Assembly (NCBI GenBank): GCA_014376805.1
Contig: JACMQU010000117.1
Span: 11,940 to 75,939 of the forward strand
Source: Bacteroidia bacterium
GTDB taxonomy: Bacteria > Bacteroidota > Bacteroidia > UKL13-3
Direction of reading: 5' to 3'
Length of the DNA stretch: 64,000 bases
The first letter of the stretch is position 1; every line of letters begins with the position of its first letter. The notes beneath the pieces were generated by a model. The model had not been told where the DNA came from. It saw only the letters and a list, made by a program, of their open reading frames with translations, and did no database searches. The translations under genes and the position numbers were made by a program. Positions 10,336-19,701 of this stretch are shown here, in pieces.

Positions 10336-10431
10336 CTTCGTGACGAATTAAAAACAACCATAGCCAATAATAACCAACACTACAGCAACCAACTTTTGCA
10401 GGCGGCATTAAAAGATGCTTTGCAGGTGTGA
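10336..10431 (+). pseudogene. hsdS: Type I R-M specificity subunit, C-terminal remnant
   Basis: Manual translation LRDELKTTIANNNQHYSNQLLQAALKDALQV* resembles the terminal coiled-coil of EcoAI-type HsdS and sits where hsdS is expected. Confidence 0.6.
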
Positions 10432-10456
10432 AGGTTAAAGTAATAAATTAAAAAAG

Positions 10457-10762
10457 ATGGATTCAAAAATACTTTTAAAAAAAATACTCGAACGCTTTAA
10501 AGAAAAGGGGATCGCCCGGGTTGATGGTTATAATTCTTTTGGCTATATAAGGGAAACTGAAAATGCTGTATTTGTTACAAGGGAAACAGGTAAAGATACA
10601 CCTATTCCATTTAAAAAAATTATGATCGGGATTGATGCTTACAAAGCCAATGCATCAATGTATCAAACTACACCTACTGCATTAAGAGAGGTTGGCATTA
10701 CACACGTAACAAGTCCCATTTTTGCTTTGTTACATTTGTTAGATGCAGAAGATTACAATTAA
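10457..10762 (+). CDS. Hypothetical protein (101 aa) at the end of the defence island
   Basis: Intact ORF with ATG and an A-rich upstream region; no motif recognised. Confidence 0.7.
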   Translation: MDSKILLKKILERFKEKGIARVDGYNSFGYIRETENAVFVTRETGKDTPIPFKKIMIGIDAYKANASMYQTTPTALREVGITHVTSPIFALLHLLDAEDYN

Positions 10763-10794
10763 CTTCATACCTACAATCCTACCGCATCCTCACC

Positions 10795-11541
10795 TTAATA
10801 AACATGCTGTCCGCCATTAATACTATAATTGGCCCCTGTAATAAAGCTGGTTGCTTCCGATGCTAAAAACGAAACAAGATGTGCCACTTCATGCGTGCCG
10901 CCAAGCCTGCCCACAGGTATTTGAGATACAATCATATCACGCACTTTTTCGGGCACAGCCATAACCATGTCTGTGCCAATATAACCGGGTGAAATGGTAT
11001 TTACAGTGATGCCATATTTAGCTACTTCCATGGCAAGTGTTTTGGTAAAGCCATGCATGCCTGCTTTAGCCGCGCTATAATTGGTTTGGCCAAACTGCCC
11101 GCGTTGTCCGTTTACTGAGGAGATGTTAATGATACGTCCGAATTTGCGTTCAATCATACCATTGATAACATGGCGTGTGCAGTTAAAAACGCTGGTAAGG
11201 TTTGAGTTGATCACTTCATTCCATTGTTGCGGACTCATATTAGCAAGCCTGGTGTCACGGGTAATGCCGGCATTGTTAACGAGGGTGTCAATGGGGCCAA
11301 GTTCCGATTCTATTTTGGTTATCATATTGCCTACAGATTCAAAGTCAGTAACATCACCTTCATAAATGTCAATATCAAAACCCTCTTTTTGCATAGCTAT
11401 TTTCCATTCATCGGCTTTCTGTTTATTGCGGTAGTTAGCAATTACATGAAATCCATCTTTATATAATTCTTTACACATAGCAGTGCCTAAGCCGCCTGTT
11501 GCACCTGTTACCACAACAAGGCGTTTATTAAGTTTATCCAT
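10795..11541 (-). CDS. phbB: Acetoacetyl-CoA reductase (SDR)
   Basis: TGATGGLG, NNAGITRD, ISSVNGQRGQFGQTNYSAAKAGMHGFTK, PGYIGTDMV, INGG: the PhaB/PhbB signature. Confidence 0.85.
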   Translation of the reverse strand: MDKLNKRLVVVTGATGGLGTAMCKELYKDGFHVIANYRNKQKADEWKIAMQKEGFDIDIYEGDVTDFESVGNMITKIESELGPIDTLVNNAGITRDTRLANMSPQQWNEVINSNLTSVFNCTRHVINGMIERKFGRIINISSVNGQRGQFGQTNYSAAKAGMHGFTKTLAMEVAKYGITVNTISPGYIGTDMVMAVPEKVRDMIVSQIPVGRLGGTHEVAHLVSFLASEATSFITGANYSINGGQHVY

Positions 11542-11988
11542 TATATTTTTTTTATTAGGGTGTAAACGAATGTAATAAAAAATAATAAGGATGGAGAAAA
11601 TTTTACTTTCTAAATTAGGGCACTATTAAGCATAGGCAAACAGGATACTGTTAGGCGGATTTAATTGCTAAACCATTGGAGTTATTTTTTAAAACACGCA
11701 GGCACATAAGTTCACATAGCAGCACTTAGAAGTTTATATTGCTTAAAGGCTATATTGGGCCGGGGGGTTAGATTGTTAAGATAAATATATGAAGATCAAT
11801 TTATAAACATACCCAATTATAGTTTTAAAATCGAATGTGCCTGGGTTTAAAAATTGAAATTATTGAATCATCTGTGAACAAACAATTTAAGAATAAACAC
11901 ATTGGTAGCACCTTTCATAAGGAAGCAAATCAGCAAATATATCTTCCTGTAAAATAATAAAATTGCTTACGAATGAATACAGCAAATG

Positions 11989-12744
11989 CTATTTCATTTT
12001 TATATAAACCTGCTTCAGGTTATTTTTACCTATGCGTTCATCAACCTGCAGTTTATCTATACTTTTTATAAATGGAAGCATTTTGGTAAAGCCGTAGTTT
12101 CTCGGGTCAAAATCGGGTTGTTTTTTTAACAGGCTGTTGCCTAAGTCACCCAGGTATGCCCAGCCATTCTCATCGGCAAGGTCGCTTATAGAGTCGCGTA
12201 TTAGTCGGATAAATTTTTTATCAATAATATTTAAGGCTATAACTTCTTTCGGAATTTCTTTGGTGGTTTTACCGCTTGTTTTTACAAGTAATTCAACCTC
12301 TGAAGGTTTTAAAATTTCTATATAAATAAATTTTTCGCATGCAGCTATAAATGATCCCGGGGTTTTCTTTTCACCAATCCCTATCACCTTCATGCCGGCC
12401 TCTCTTAAACGTGTTGCAAGCCTTGTAAAATCGCTATCGCTTGATACAATACAAAAGCCATCCACCTTGCTCGAGTAAAGTATATCCATGGCATCAATAA
12501 TCATTGCACTGTCTGTTGCGTTTTTGCCCGAAGTATAGCTGTACTGCTGCACAGGTGTAATCGCATTCTCCAACAGTACTGTCTTCCATCCTGATACCGT
12601 AGGTTTCGTCCAGTCGGCATATATACGCTTAAACGTTGGTGTGCCGTATTTGGTAATCTCTTCAAGCATTTCCCTTACATTGGCATAAGGCACATTATCT
12701 GCATCAATAAGTACTGCTAGTCTAAGATCTTTTGTCGTTTCCAT
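11989..12744 (-). CDS. NYN (LabA/DUF88) domain protein with C-terminal OST-HTH/LOTUS domain
   Basis: LAVLIDADN, KRIYADW, GKNATD, VSSDSDFTRLA, PDFDPRNYG. Confidence 0.9.
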   Translation of the reverse strand: METTKDLRLAVLIDADNVPYANVREMLEEITKYGTPTFKRIYADWTKPTVSGWKTVLLENAITPVQQYSYTSGKNATDSAMIIDAMDILYSSKVDGFCIVSSDSDFTRLATRLREAGMKVIGIGEKKTPGSFIAACEKFIYIEILKPSEVELLVKTSGKTTKEIPKEVIALNIIDKKFIRLIRDSISDLADENGWAYLGDLGNSLLKKQPDFDPRNYGFTKMLPFIKSIDKLQVDERIGKNNLKQVYIKMK

Positions 12745-12759
12745 TTGCCTGAACCTGCT

Positions 12760-14181
12760 TTATTGTTTGATGATTTTTTTAATAATGCTTTGATTATTTA
12801 CTGCGCGAAAAACGGTGATATATAATCCTTTATTTAATCCTGTAAGATCAATATAACTGATATCGGAATCCGACTGAATCAATACTTCTTTGCCAAGCAA
12901 GTCATACATCCGTACTTCAATAATATTTTTTTCTGCTTTCAGATAAAGATAATCACTTGTAGGATTTGGGTACACTGTTAAATTGTTTTGGTTGTCTTCC
13001 TCCAGAATGCCTGCAGGCCATTTGGCAAACATCCCAAAAAATTGAATCACCTGGTACACTTCATCACTATGAAAACGATCTTCTGTATAACAAATAAATA
13101 CCTGGTTCGCAATTTCAATTGCCATGGCTTTTGTAATAGTTGTATCTGCCAATTGAAAAAGGATTGTCCATGAAGTATCTGCTGCAGGGTTAAAATTTAA
13201 AAAACTTTTTGAATCAAAATATCCCTGTGACAGCAACAGTGAATATATGCGAACAGAAGTTGCACTGTCTATACCGGCAATTCTTGTAAACCTATTTGGG
13301 GTTACCGGAAATGGTTCATGCACTTTTAAAACACCCGAAATCCCCCGGTCTGTAAGAATTTTATAATTGAGTTTACATTTGGAAAGTTTAAGTGAGTCTT
13401 CAAACACATCATTACGTGAAGGTATCCAGTATGTAGGTGTGGTTGTTACATTAATAGCAGTTGTTGAACCCGGTGTGTTAAGGAGACAGGTGCCGCTAAA
13501 TTTTTTTATGGCAGATAGAATAGAAGCAAAATTACCGCTTTGAGAATAGCCAACGGCATAAATATGAGTTGCATAATTTATCAGTCCCCGGTTGGTTAAA
13601 GTATCTAAAATTTTTCCTACATTTTTAATATCCGGATTGGTTGCTACCGTAAAATTATTATTCCATTGAAAAGGTGCTGTACCTCCTAAAATTCTATCGG
13701 TACTTTCAGTAGCCAGAACTCCATAACCTTTCGCTACAGAATAGTTAAGAAAATTTCTCCCTTCAACACTTTGAAACCATTCTTTGGCATTACCGTTTTT
13801 GCCATGAAAAAAAATTATTACACCCCTTAACTTGTCTGCTGGCCCCGGGAAATAGTGATACACTACACTGCCATTTATAGAATCAAGAACCGCTGTCCAG
13901 GCTGTTGCTGGCGTGTATATAGGTGTAAGGGTAACATCAGCACTCAGGTTTTTTAACAAGGTGCCTGTTGAAAACGAATCAGACAGGATAGCTCCATTTG
14001 TTGTCCAGCCATCAAAAATTGTATTTGCAGGCCCCGGGTTTGCCAGTATGTAAACACTATCACCAATATTGTATGTGCCCGAGCCAAAGCCATTTTTAAC
14101 AGTTACATTAAAAGTTTGAGCTCCGGAGCGAACAACAGTAATAAGGAGAATGTAGGTGAATAGTAAATATATTTTTCTCAT
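12760..14181 (-). CDS. T9SS-secreted alpha/beta-hydrolase-like protein
   Basis: Signal peptide ...SGAQ, InlB-like repeat, FFHGKNG, GYSQSG elbow, C-terminal VYPNP...GLY...KIIK. Confidence 0.75.
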   Translation of the reverse strand: MRKIYLLFTYILLITVVRSGAQTFNVTVKNGFGSGTYNIGDSVYILANPGPANTIFDGWTTNGAILSDSFSTGTLLKNLSADVTLTPIYTPATAWTAVLDSINGSVVYHYFPGPADKLRGVIIFFHGKNGNAKEWFQSVEGRNFLNYSVAKGYGVLATESTDRILGGTAPFQWNNNFTVATNPDIKNVGKILDTLTNRGLINYATHIYAVGYSQSGNFASILSAIKKFSGTCLLNTPGSTTAINVTTTPTYWIPSRNDVFEDSLKLSKCKLNYKILTDRGISGVLKVHEPFPVTPNRFTRIAGIDSATSVRIYSLLLSQGYFDSKSFLNFNPAADTSWTILFQLADTTITKAMAIEIANQVFICYTEDRFHSDEVYQVIQFFGMFAKWPAGILEEDNQNNLTVYPNPTSDYLYLKAEKNIIEVRMYDLLGKEVLIQSDSDISYIDLTGLNKGLYITVFRAVNNQSIIKKIIKQ

Positions 14182-14706
14182 ATGGATTTATAAAAATAGT
14201 TGATATATACTGAAACACAAATTAAGTTTAAACCGAGCAAATGATCTATACATATTATAAGCTGTAAGGTGTTAATAAGCGAAATTATAGGATTTATGGA
14301 ATAAACCATATAGTACTAAATAATTTCTCTTTTACTGTCACTTACGTATCAACCAATTTAATCAGTAATTTTATATCAGGCACTCATTTTTTTCAAACCC
14401 ACCGTGCAGTATGCTATTGTTAAAGCAGCTTTCATCATATTTTTTCTTGCCATTGAAAGCTCGTTAAATGAGGCTTTTTTTAACCTCGTTTATTGGTCAC
14501 TGGGTGTATTCTGCTATGGTTGAAAGCGGAATGAACAGATTGGTTTATTAAGACAATTTTACACAAACGCTATGAGTAAACGCGTCAACAGTGGCAAAAA
14601 TTCTTTTTTTATTCTGAAAGAAATTATTCTGAAATGTAATAATTCAATAACATTCCCAAATGATAATGCGTATGCACTTACAGTTTTTATTTCTGCCATT
14701 GAATAA

Positions 14707-14934
14707 TTAGTTAGATTCTTTAGGACCTCGTAAATGAATGACCAAACCATTTAAAAAGTTGCGTAAAATCTGATCTCCGCATTCTTTATAATTGGGGTGA
14801 TCTTCTTTTCTGAACAAGGCACTTAATTCACCTGCAGATATTTTAAAATCAACGAGTGAAAGAATTTTAATAATTTCATCATCCCTTAATTTAAGTGCTA
14901 CTCTAAGCTTTTTAAGAATGTCGTTGTTGGTCAT
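14707..14934 (-). CDS. DUF1456 (YehS-like) protein
   Basis: MTNNDILKKLRVAL...YKECGDQILRNFLNGL. TATATTTG promoter box on the minus strand at 14954-14961. Confidence 0.88.
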   Translation of the reverse strand: MTNNDILKKLRVALKLRDDEIIKILSLVDFKISAGELSALFRKEDHPNYKECGDQILRNFLNGLVIHLRGPKESN

Positions 14935-15187
14935 TGGTTATACTGGATTAGGGCAAATATAACAGTTATTACCGATTGACAGTTTTATTAACGCAGACAA
15001 TATTATTCGCCAAACGCAACAGTTACTGTTAGTATTAAAAACTTTCCGCTTTTCCGCTTCATCGGATTGTTTAATATTTCCAGGTTGAAAATGAACAATT
15101 GGAAAAAATGACAATAAGATTAAATTCGCTAAGTTTTTATATATAGATTTTTTTTGAATGATTTAAATCCATACCCCTATTAATAAG

Positions 15188-17362
15188 ATGAACAAGGTAA
15201 TTGAGTTATTGAATGAGGCTTATACTTGCAGAGTTAATAATCTTAACCGAAGTACCGAACTTGCAAATGAGGCACTGATCATTAGCCGCAACATGGATGA
15301 TAAGGCTTTAATTGGTAAGAGTCTATGTCGGCTTGCGCTGTTTGCCATGATTAAAGGTGAATACAAAGAGTCGATGCGTATGTCTGAAGAGGCAATGGTT
15401 TATTTCGAAGAACTCCACGATGAAAAGGGCATTGCAGATGCCAAATACAATATAGCCGGTATTTATTATAAAACGAATAACTATCATCTTGGATTGGTTT
15501 ACCTGATAGATTGTCTTTCAATTTACCGTAAGTATAATGACTATCATAATCAGGCAAGGGTTCAAAAATCATTAGGTACCATTTATGAATATTTTGGTGA
15601 TCAGAAAAACGCAGTAAAATCTTATGAAAGTGCGATAGAAGCTGCACGTGAAGCGGGGGATCTAAACCTTGAATCGAATGTATATAATCCTCTTTCCGGA
15701 ATTTTTCTGAACCAGGATAATATAAGCAGGGCTATGGACATGATTGAGCGTTCTATAGAAATGAAAAAGCATTCAGGTGATATAAGAGGTCTGGCATTTG
15801 CGCTTTATGGAAGAGGAAAAGTTTATACCAGAACGAAAAGATTTGCGGAAGCTGAAGTGGATTTTAAAGAAACACTTGCCATCCATAAAGCAATGGGAGA
15901 GAGGCTCGGAATGGCTATGGCTTACTATAAGTTGGGTGCTCTTTATGTGGAGATGAATGTAATTGAAAAAGCAAAATACACACTGGAAGAAGCGCTAAGA
16001 TTTAGTGAAGAATATAATATTGTGATTATTAAATTTAAGTGTTATTATCTTTTGTATCAGATTTATAAAAAAGAAAACAATGCGGAAACATCACTAAGTT
16101 ATCTTGAACAATACCTATGTGAGAAAGAGGGTGTAATTAATACACAAACATTAAAAATTATTGAAAATTATGAGTTGATTACTAAAATGGAATCTCTCGA
16201 AATGGAAGCTCAGTCGCAGAAAGAAAAGGCTGAGATTACCGAGAAAAAAAACAGGGCCGAACATGCTGCCCGTGTAAAACAGGAATTCCTTTCTACCATG
16301 AGTCATGAAATAAGAACGCCCCTGAATGCAGTTATAACCATTGCCTCCTTGTTAAAAGATAAATCTAATGAAGAAGATAAGCAACTTCTTGATGCCATCA
16401 AATTTGCAGGAAACAATTTGCTTTTGATTATAAATGATATCCTTGATTTTACAAAACTTGAATCTGGTAAGGTGCTGCTGGAAACGCGTCCGTCTGATTT
16501 TAAATCATTAATCGAAAACATAAAAAATACCTATGTAAGCCTTGCCATTGAGAAAGGTTTAGATTTGCATTTGAATATAGATCCTTCCCTCTTTGTAATC
16601 TATGAATTGGATGAGACAAAAATCTCCCAGATTCTCGGTAACCTGATCACCAATTCCATAAAATTCACAGATTATGGTTGGGTTACTATAGAAATTGAAA
16701 AATTAAATAGTGAAGAGAACAGTGATACGCTGAGGTTTAAAATTAATGATACGGGTGTTGGTATAAATAATAAACATTTGGATGAAATATTCGAAAGTTT
16801 CTTTCAACCAAAAACTGTTACCACCAGAAAGCATGGTGGATCTGGATTAGGTTTAGCCATTGTTAAACGACTTGTTGAACTCCATGGCAGCAAGGTGTTA
16901 GTTAATAGTATCGTTGGTGAAGGTTCAACATTTTATTTTGATATAAAACTTGAAAGATCTGACAGGCCATTAAGAGAGGCCGTTAAATATTCAAATAAGT
17001 TAAAAGAAAAAACAGTTTTGCTGGCTGAAGATAACATGGTAAATGCAATGGTGGCTATAAAGCTTCTTTCTAATTGGGAGATAAAAACGGTACATGCAAA
17101 AAATGGAAGGGAAGCAATTGAAAAATCTAAACAAACAACTTTTGATTTTATATTAATGGATATTCATATGCCTGAAATGGATGGTTTTGAGGCAACGAAA
17201 CATATTCGTAAATATAAGAACATGAATATGACTACACCTATATTCGCATTAACAGCAGATATTACCGCAGAGTTTCAGGAAGAATATAATCCGTATTTTA
17301 ATGGCTTCTTACATAAGCCAATTGAAATTGATAAATTGTATGAAGCATTGATGAATGCATAA
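15188..17362 (+). CDS. TPR-repeat hybrid sensor histidine kinase / response regulator
   Basis: N-terminal TPRs, FLSTMSHEIRTPLN H-box, NLITNSIKFT, DTGVG, GGSGLGL, receiver domain LAEDN...ILMD..MP.MDG...KP. Confidence 0.93.
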   Translation: MNKVIELLNEAYTCRVNNLNRSTELANEALIISRNMDDKALIGKSLCRLALFAMIKGEYKESMRMSEEAMVYFEELHDEKGIADAKYNIAGIYYKTNNYHLGLVYLIDCLSIYRKYNDYHNQARVQKSLGTIYEYFGDQKNAVKSYESAIEAAREAGDLNLESNVYNPLSGIFLNQDNISRAMDMIERSIEMKKHSGDIRGLAFALYGRGKVYTRTKRFAEAEVDFKETLAIHKAMGERLGMAMAYYKLGALYVEMNVIEKAKYTLEEALRFSEEYNIVIIKFKCYYLLYQIYKKENNAETSLSYLEQYLCEKEGVINTQTLKIIENYELITKMESLEMEAQSQKEKAEITEKKNRAEHAARVKQEFLSTMSHEIRTPLNAVITIASLLKDKSNEEDKQLLDAIKFAGNNLLLIINDILDFTKLESGKVLLETRPSDFKSLIENIKNTYVSLAIEKGLDLHLNIDPSLFVIYELDETKISQILGNLITNSIKFTDYGWVTIEIEKLNSEENSDTLRFKINDTGVGINNKHLDEIFESFFQPKTVTTRKHGGSGLGLAIVKRLVELHGSKVLVNSIVGEGSTFYFDIKLERSDRPLREAVKYSNKLKEKTVLLAEDNMVNAMVAIKLLSNWEIKTVHAKNGREAIEKSKQTTFDFILMDIHMPEMDGFEATKHIRKYKNMNMTTPIFALTADITAEFQEEYNPYFNGFLHKPIEIDKLYEALMNA

Positions 17363-17744
17363 GAAAACGACTTATTACCGGGCTCATCTGAAAATGTTCG
17401 GATTTAAGTAATTTATCTTTAAAGTATACATGCGGGTTTCCTGTTAATATCTATATCGTTGCGTTCAGGTCAAATGTCTGCAGCCTGTAAAGTCGTTTTA
17501 AAGATAATTGTAATTCTCTGTGCTATTCTTACTGCCGCAAATGTTTGGTGTGGGAAGGATGGTAAAACGGTTGAACTTAAATTTATGGTAAAAACGAACA
17601 TCGATATATCAGATTTAAACATCGGATTATTTTTTATTAAATGGATGATTCGATGGAAAGATCACCATATCCAAGTTCCTAAAGCAGGAAGGAAATGTAA
17701 GAGGTTGTTTTTATGATTGGTGTTAATGCAGGCGTAAATTCTGG

Positions 17745-19532
17745 TTATATTGGTTGAGTAAATAACCCTTCCCCCGATAAAACAAACTGATGGTCATATA
17801 AATTTTTATAAAACCCGCCTTTAGCTAACAACTCCGCATGGTTTCCCTGCTCAACAATTATTCCTTTATCCATTACAAGTATCTGATCGGCATCCATTAT
17901 GGTACTTAACCGATGTGCAATAACAATACAACTCCTTCCTTTTCTCATTTTTTCAATAGCACTTTGTATCACTACTTCTGTTTCATGATCAATAGAGGAA
18001 GTGGCTTCATCGAGAACAAGAATAGCGGGGTTAGTAACCATTGCCCGCACAAAAGAAATTAATTGCCGTTGCCCCACCGATAAACTTGCACCCCGCTCAT
18101 ATACCTGCTGATAATAACCATCAGGCAGTTGTTCAATAAAAGGGTGTGCACCCAGTAATCTGGAAATAGCTATAATTTCCTCTTCCCCGATTTGTTTGTT
18201 AAATAAGCGGATATTATCTATGATGGTACCACTGAATAAAAACACATCCTGCAACACTACGCTGATATATCTGCGCAGACTTTGATTGGAATAGTTGCAG
18301 ATGGGCACCTCATCAATCAGAATCAATCCCTTGTCAATTTCATAAAATCGATTCAGTAAATTGATGATACTCGATTTACCTGCACCTGTTGCCCCCACCA
18401 ATGCAATGGTTTGTCCATTTTTTACTTTAAAACTGATGTCTTTTAAAACTGTTTCACCGGGTGTATAACCGAACCATACATTTTTAAATTCTATATTACC
18501 TTCAGGTCTTTGCATCAATAAAGTTCCAGAGGGTTCTAAGTCTTCCTGTTTCTCCAGTAACCTGAAAATACGGTCACTGGCTACCATGCCCATTTGCAGG
18601 TTATTAAAACGGTCTGCCAGTTGTCTGATTGGTCTGAAAAATAAATTGATATACATAATAAATGCAATGATGGTTCCTATAGATAAGTGTTGATCCATTG
18701 CACCTTTGGCGCCATACCAGACTATAAGTCCTATAGAAATTGCTGACAACACTTCTACAACAGGAAAGAACACAGAATAATAAAACACTGATCTAATATT
18801 GGCATCCCGGTGATCTTTGTTGATAGCTTTAAACGCATCATACTCGCGTTGCTCTCTATTAAACAACTGTACAATGTGCATGCCCGAAATATGCTCTTGT
18901 ACAAATGTATTGAGCCTTGCCACCTGGTTTCTTACCTCTTCAAAACTCTCTTTAACTTTTTCTTTAAACAGATAGCCACTGTAAAACAACACGGGTATAA
19001 CAGAAAGGCTTACCAGTGAAAGTTTCACATCAGTAATGAACATCAGGATCAGAATAAATATGATTTGAAAAATATCACCAACAATATTGATCATTCCCTC
19101 ACTGAACACTTCGCTGATTGTTTCTATATCACTTATGCTGCGTGTTACAAGTGTGCCCACGGGTGTCCTGTCAAAAAACCTTAATTGTAACCCGAGTAAA
19201 TGTCTGTAAATTTTATTGCGCAGGTCCATTATAATTTGCTGACCAAGGAAATTGGCAAGAATAGTACTCCATAATTGTATGGCTGCATGAACAATCAATA
19301 ATCCAAAAATGACCAGGCTCATTCGCAACAAACCTTCTTCATTGCCGGATGCCACATAATGATCGAGTGTATATTGGATCAGGTATGGACGAAAAGGTCC
19401 TAAAAAGGACATTGCGAGTGTTAAGACAACTGCTGAATAAAATTGTTTTTTAAATGGAAGGGCCAAGGAAAAGATTTTTCCAAATAAAGTCCAGTCAAAG
19501 GCTTTTCCTATCTTGATTTTTTTTGTCGACAT
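17745..19532 (-). CDS. ABC exporter, fused permease/ATPase (MdlB/MsbA-like)
   Basis: Six-TM N-terminal half, GATGAGKS, LSVGQRQ, LVLDEATS, IAHRLST. TATTTTTG promoter box at 19543-19550 on the minus strand. Confidence 0.93.
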   Translation of the reverse strand: MSTKKIKIGKAFDWTLFGKIFSLALPFKKQFYSAVVLTLAMSFLGPFRPYLIQYTLDHYVASGNEEGLLRMSLVIFGLLIVHAAIQLWSTILANFLGQQIIMDLRNKIYRHLLGLQLRFFDRTPVGTLVTRSISDIETISEVFSEGMINIVGDIFQIIFILILMFITDVKLSLVSLSVIPVLFYSGYLFKEKVKESFEEVRNQVARLNTFVQEHISGMHIVQLFNREQREYDAFKAINKDHRDANIRSVFYYSVFFPVVEVLSAISIGLIVWYGAKGAMDQHLSIGTIIAFIMYINLFFRPIRQLADRFNNLQMGMVASDRIFRLLEKQEDLEPSGTLLMQRPEGNIEFKNVWFGYTPGETVLKDISFKVKNGQTIALVGATGAGKSSIINLLNRFYEIDKGLILIDEVPICNYSNQSLRRYISVVLQDVFLFSGTIIDNIRLFNKQIGEEEIIAISRLLGAHPFIEQLPDGYYQQVYERGASLSVGQRQLISFVRAMVTNPAILVLDEATSSIDHETEVVIQSAIEKMRKGRSCIVIAHRLSTIMDADQILVMDKGIIVEQGNHAELLAKGGFYKNLYDHQFVLSGEGLFTQPI

Positions 19533-19701
19533 TAATTAGGGTCAAAAATAAGATGTTAAAAGCATAAATAATTAAATAAGCAGCAGATCTTATACTAAAT
19601 ATTATTATTAGCTAAAATTTTAATTTCAGGTGTGAAAAAATAATACCGGAGAGACCGCATTACTCATTTTTTTGAGTATGTTCGTAACATAAAGACCTTA
19701 T

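Noticed and set aside
1738-10790. Defence island integrated at the ffs gene
   Set aside because: No duplicated ffs 3' end was found near 10.8 kb, there is no integrase, and an unrelated T9SS gene intervenes.
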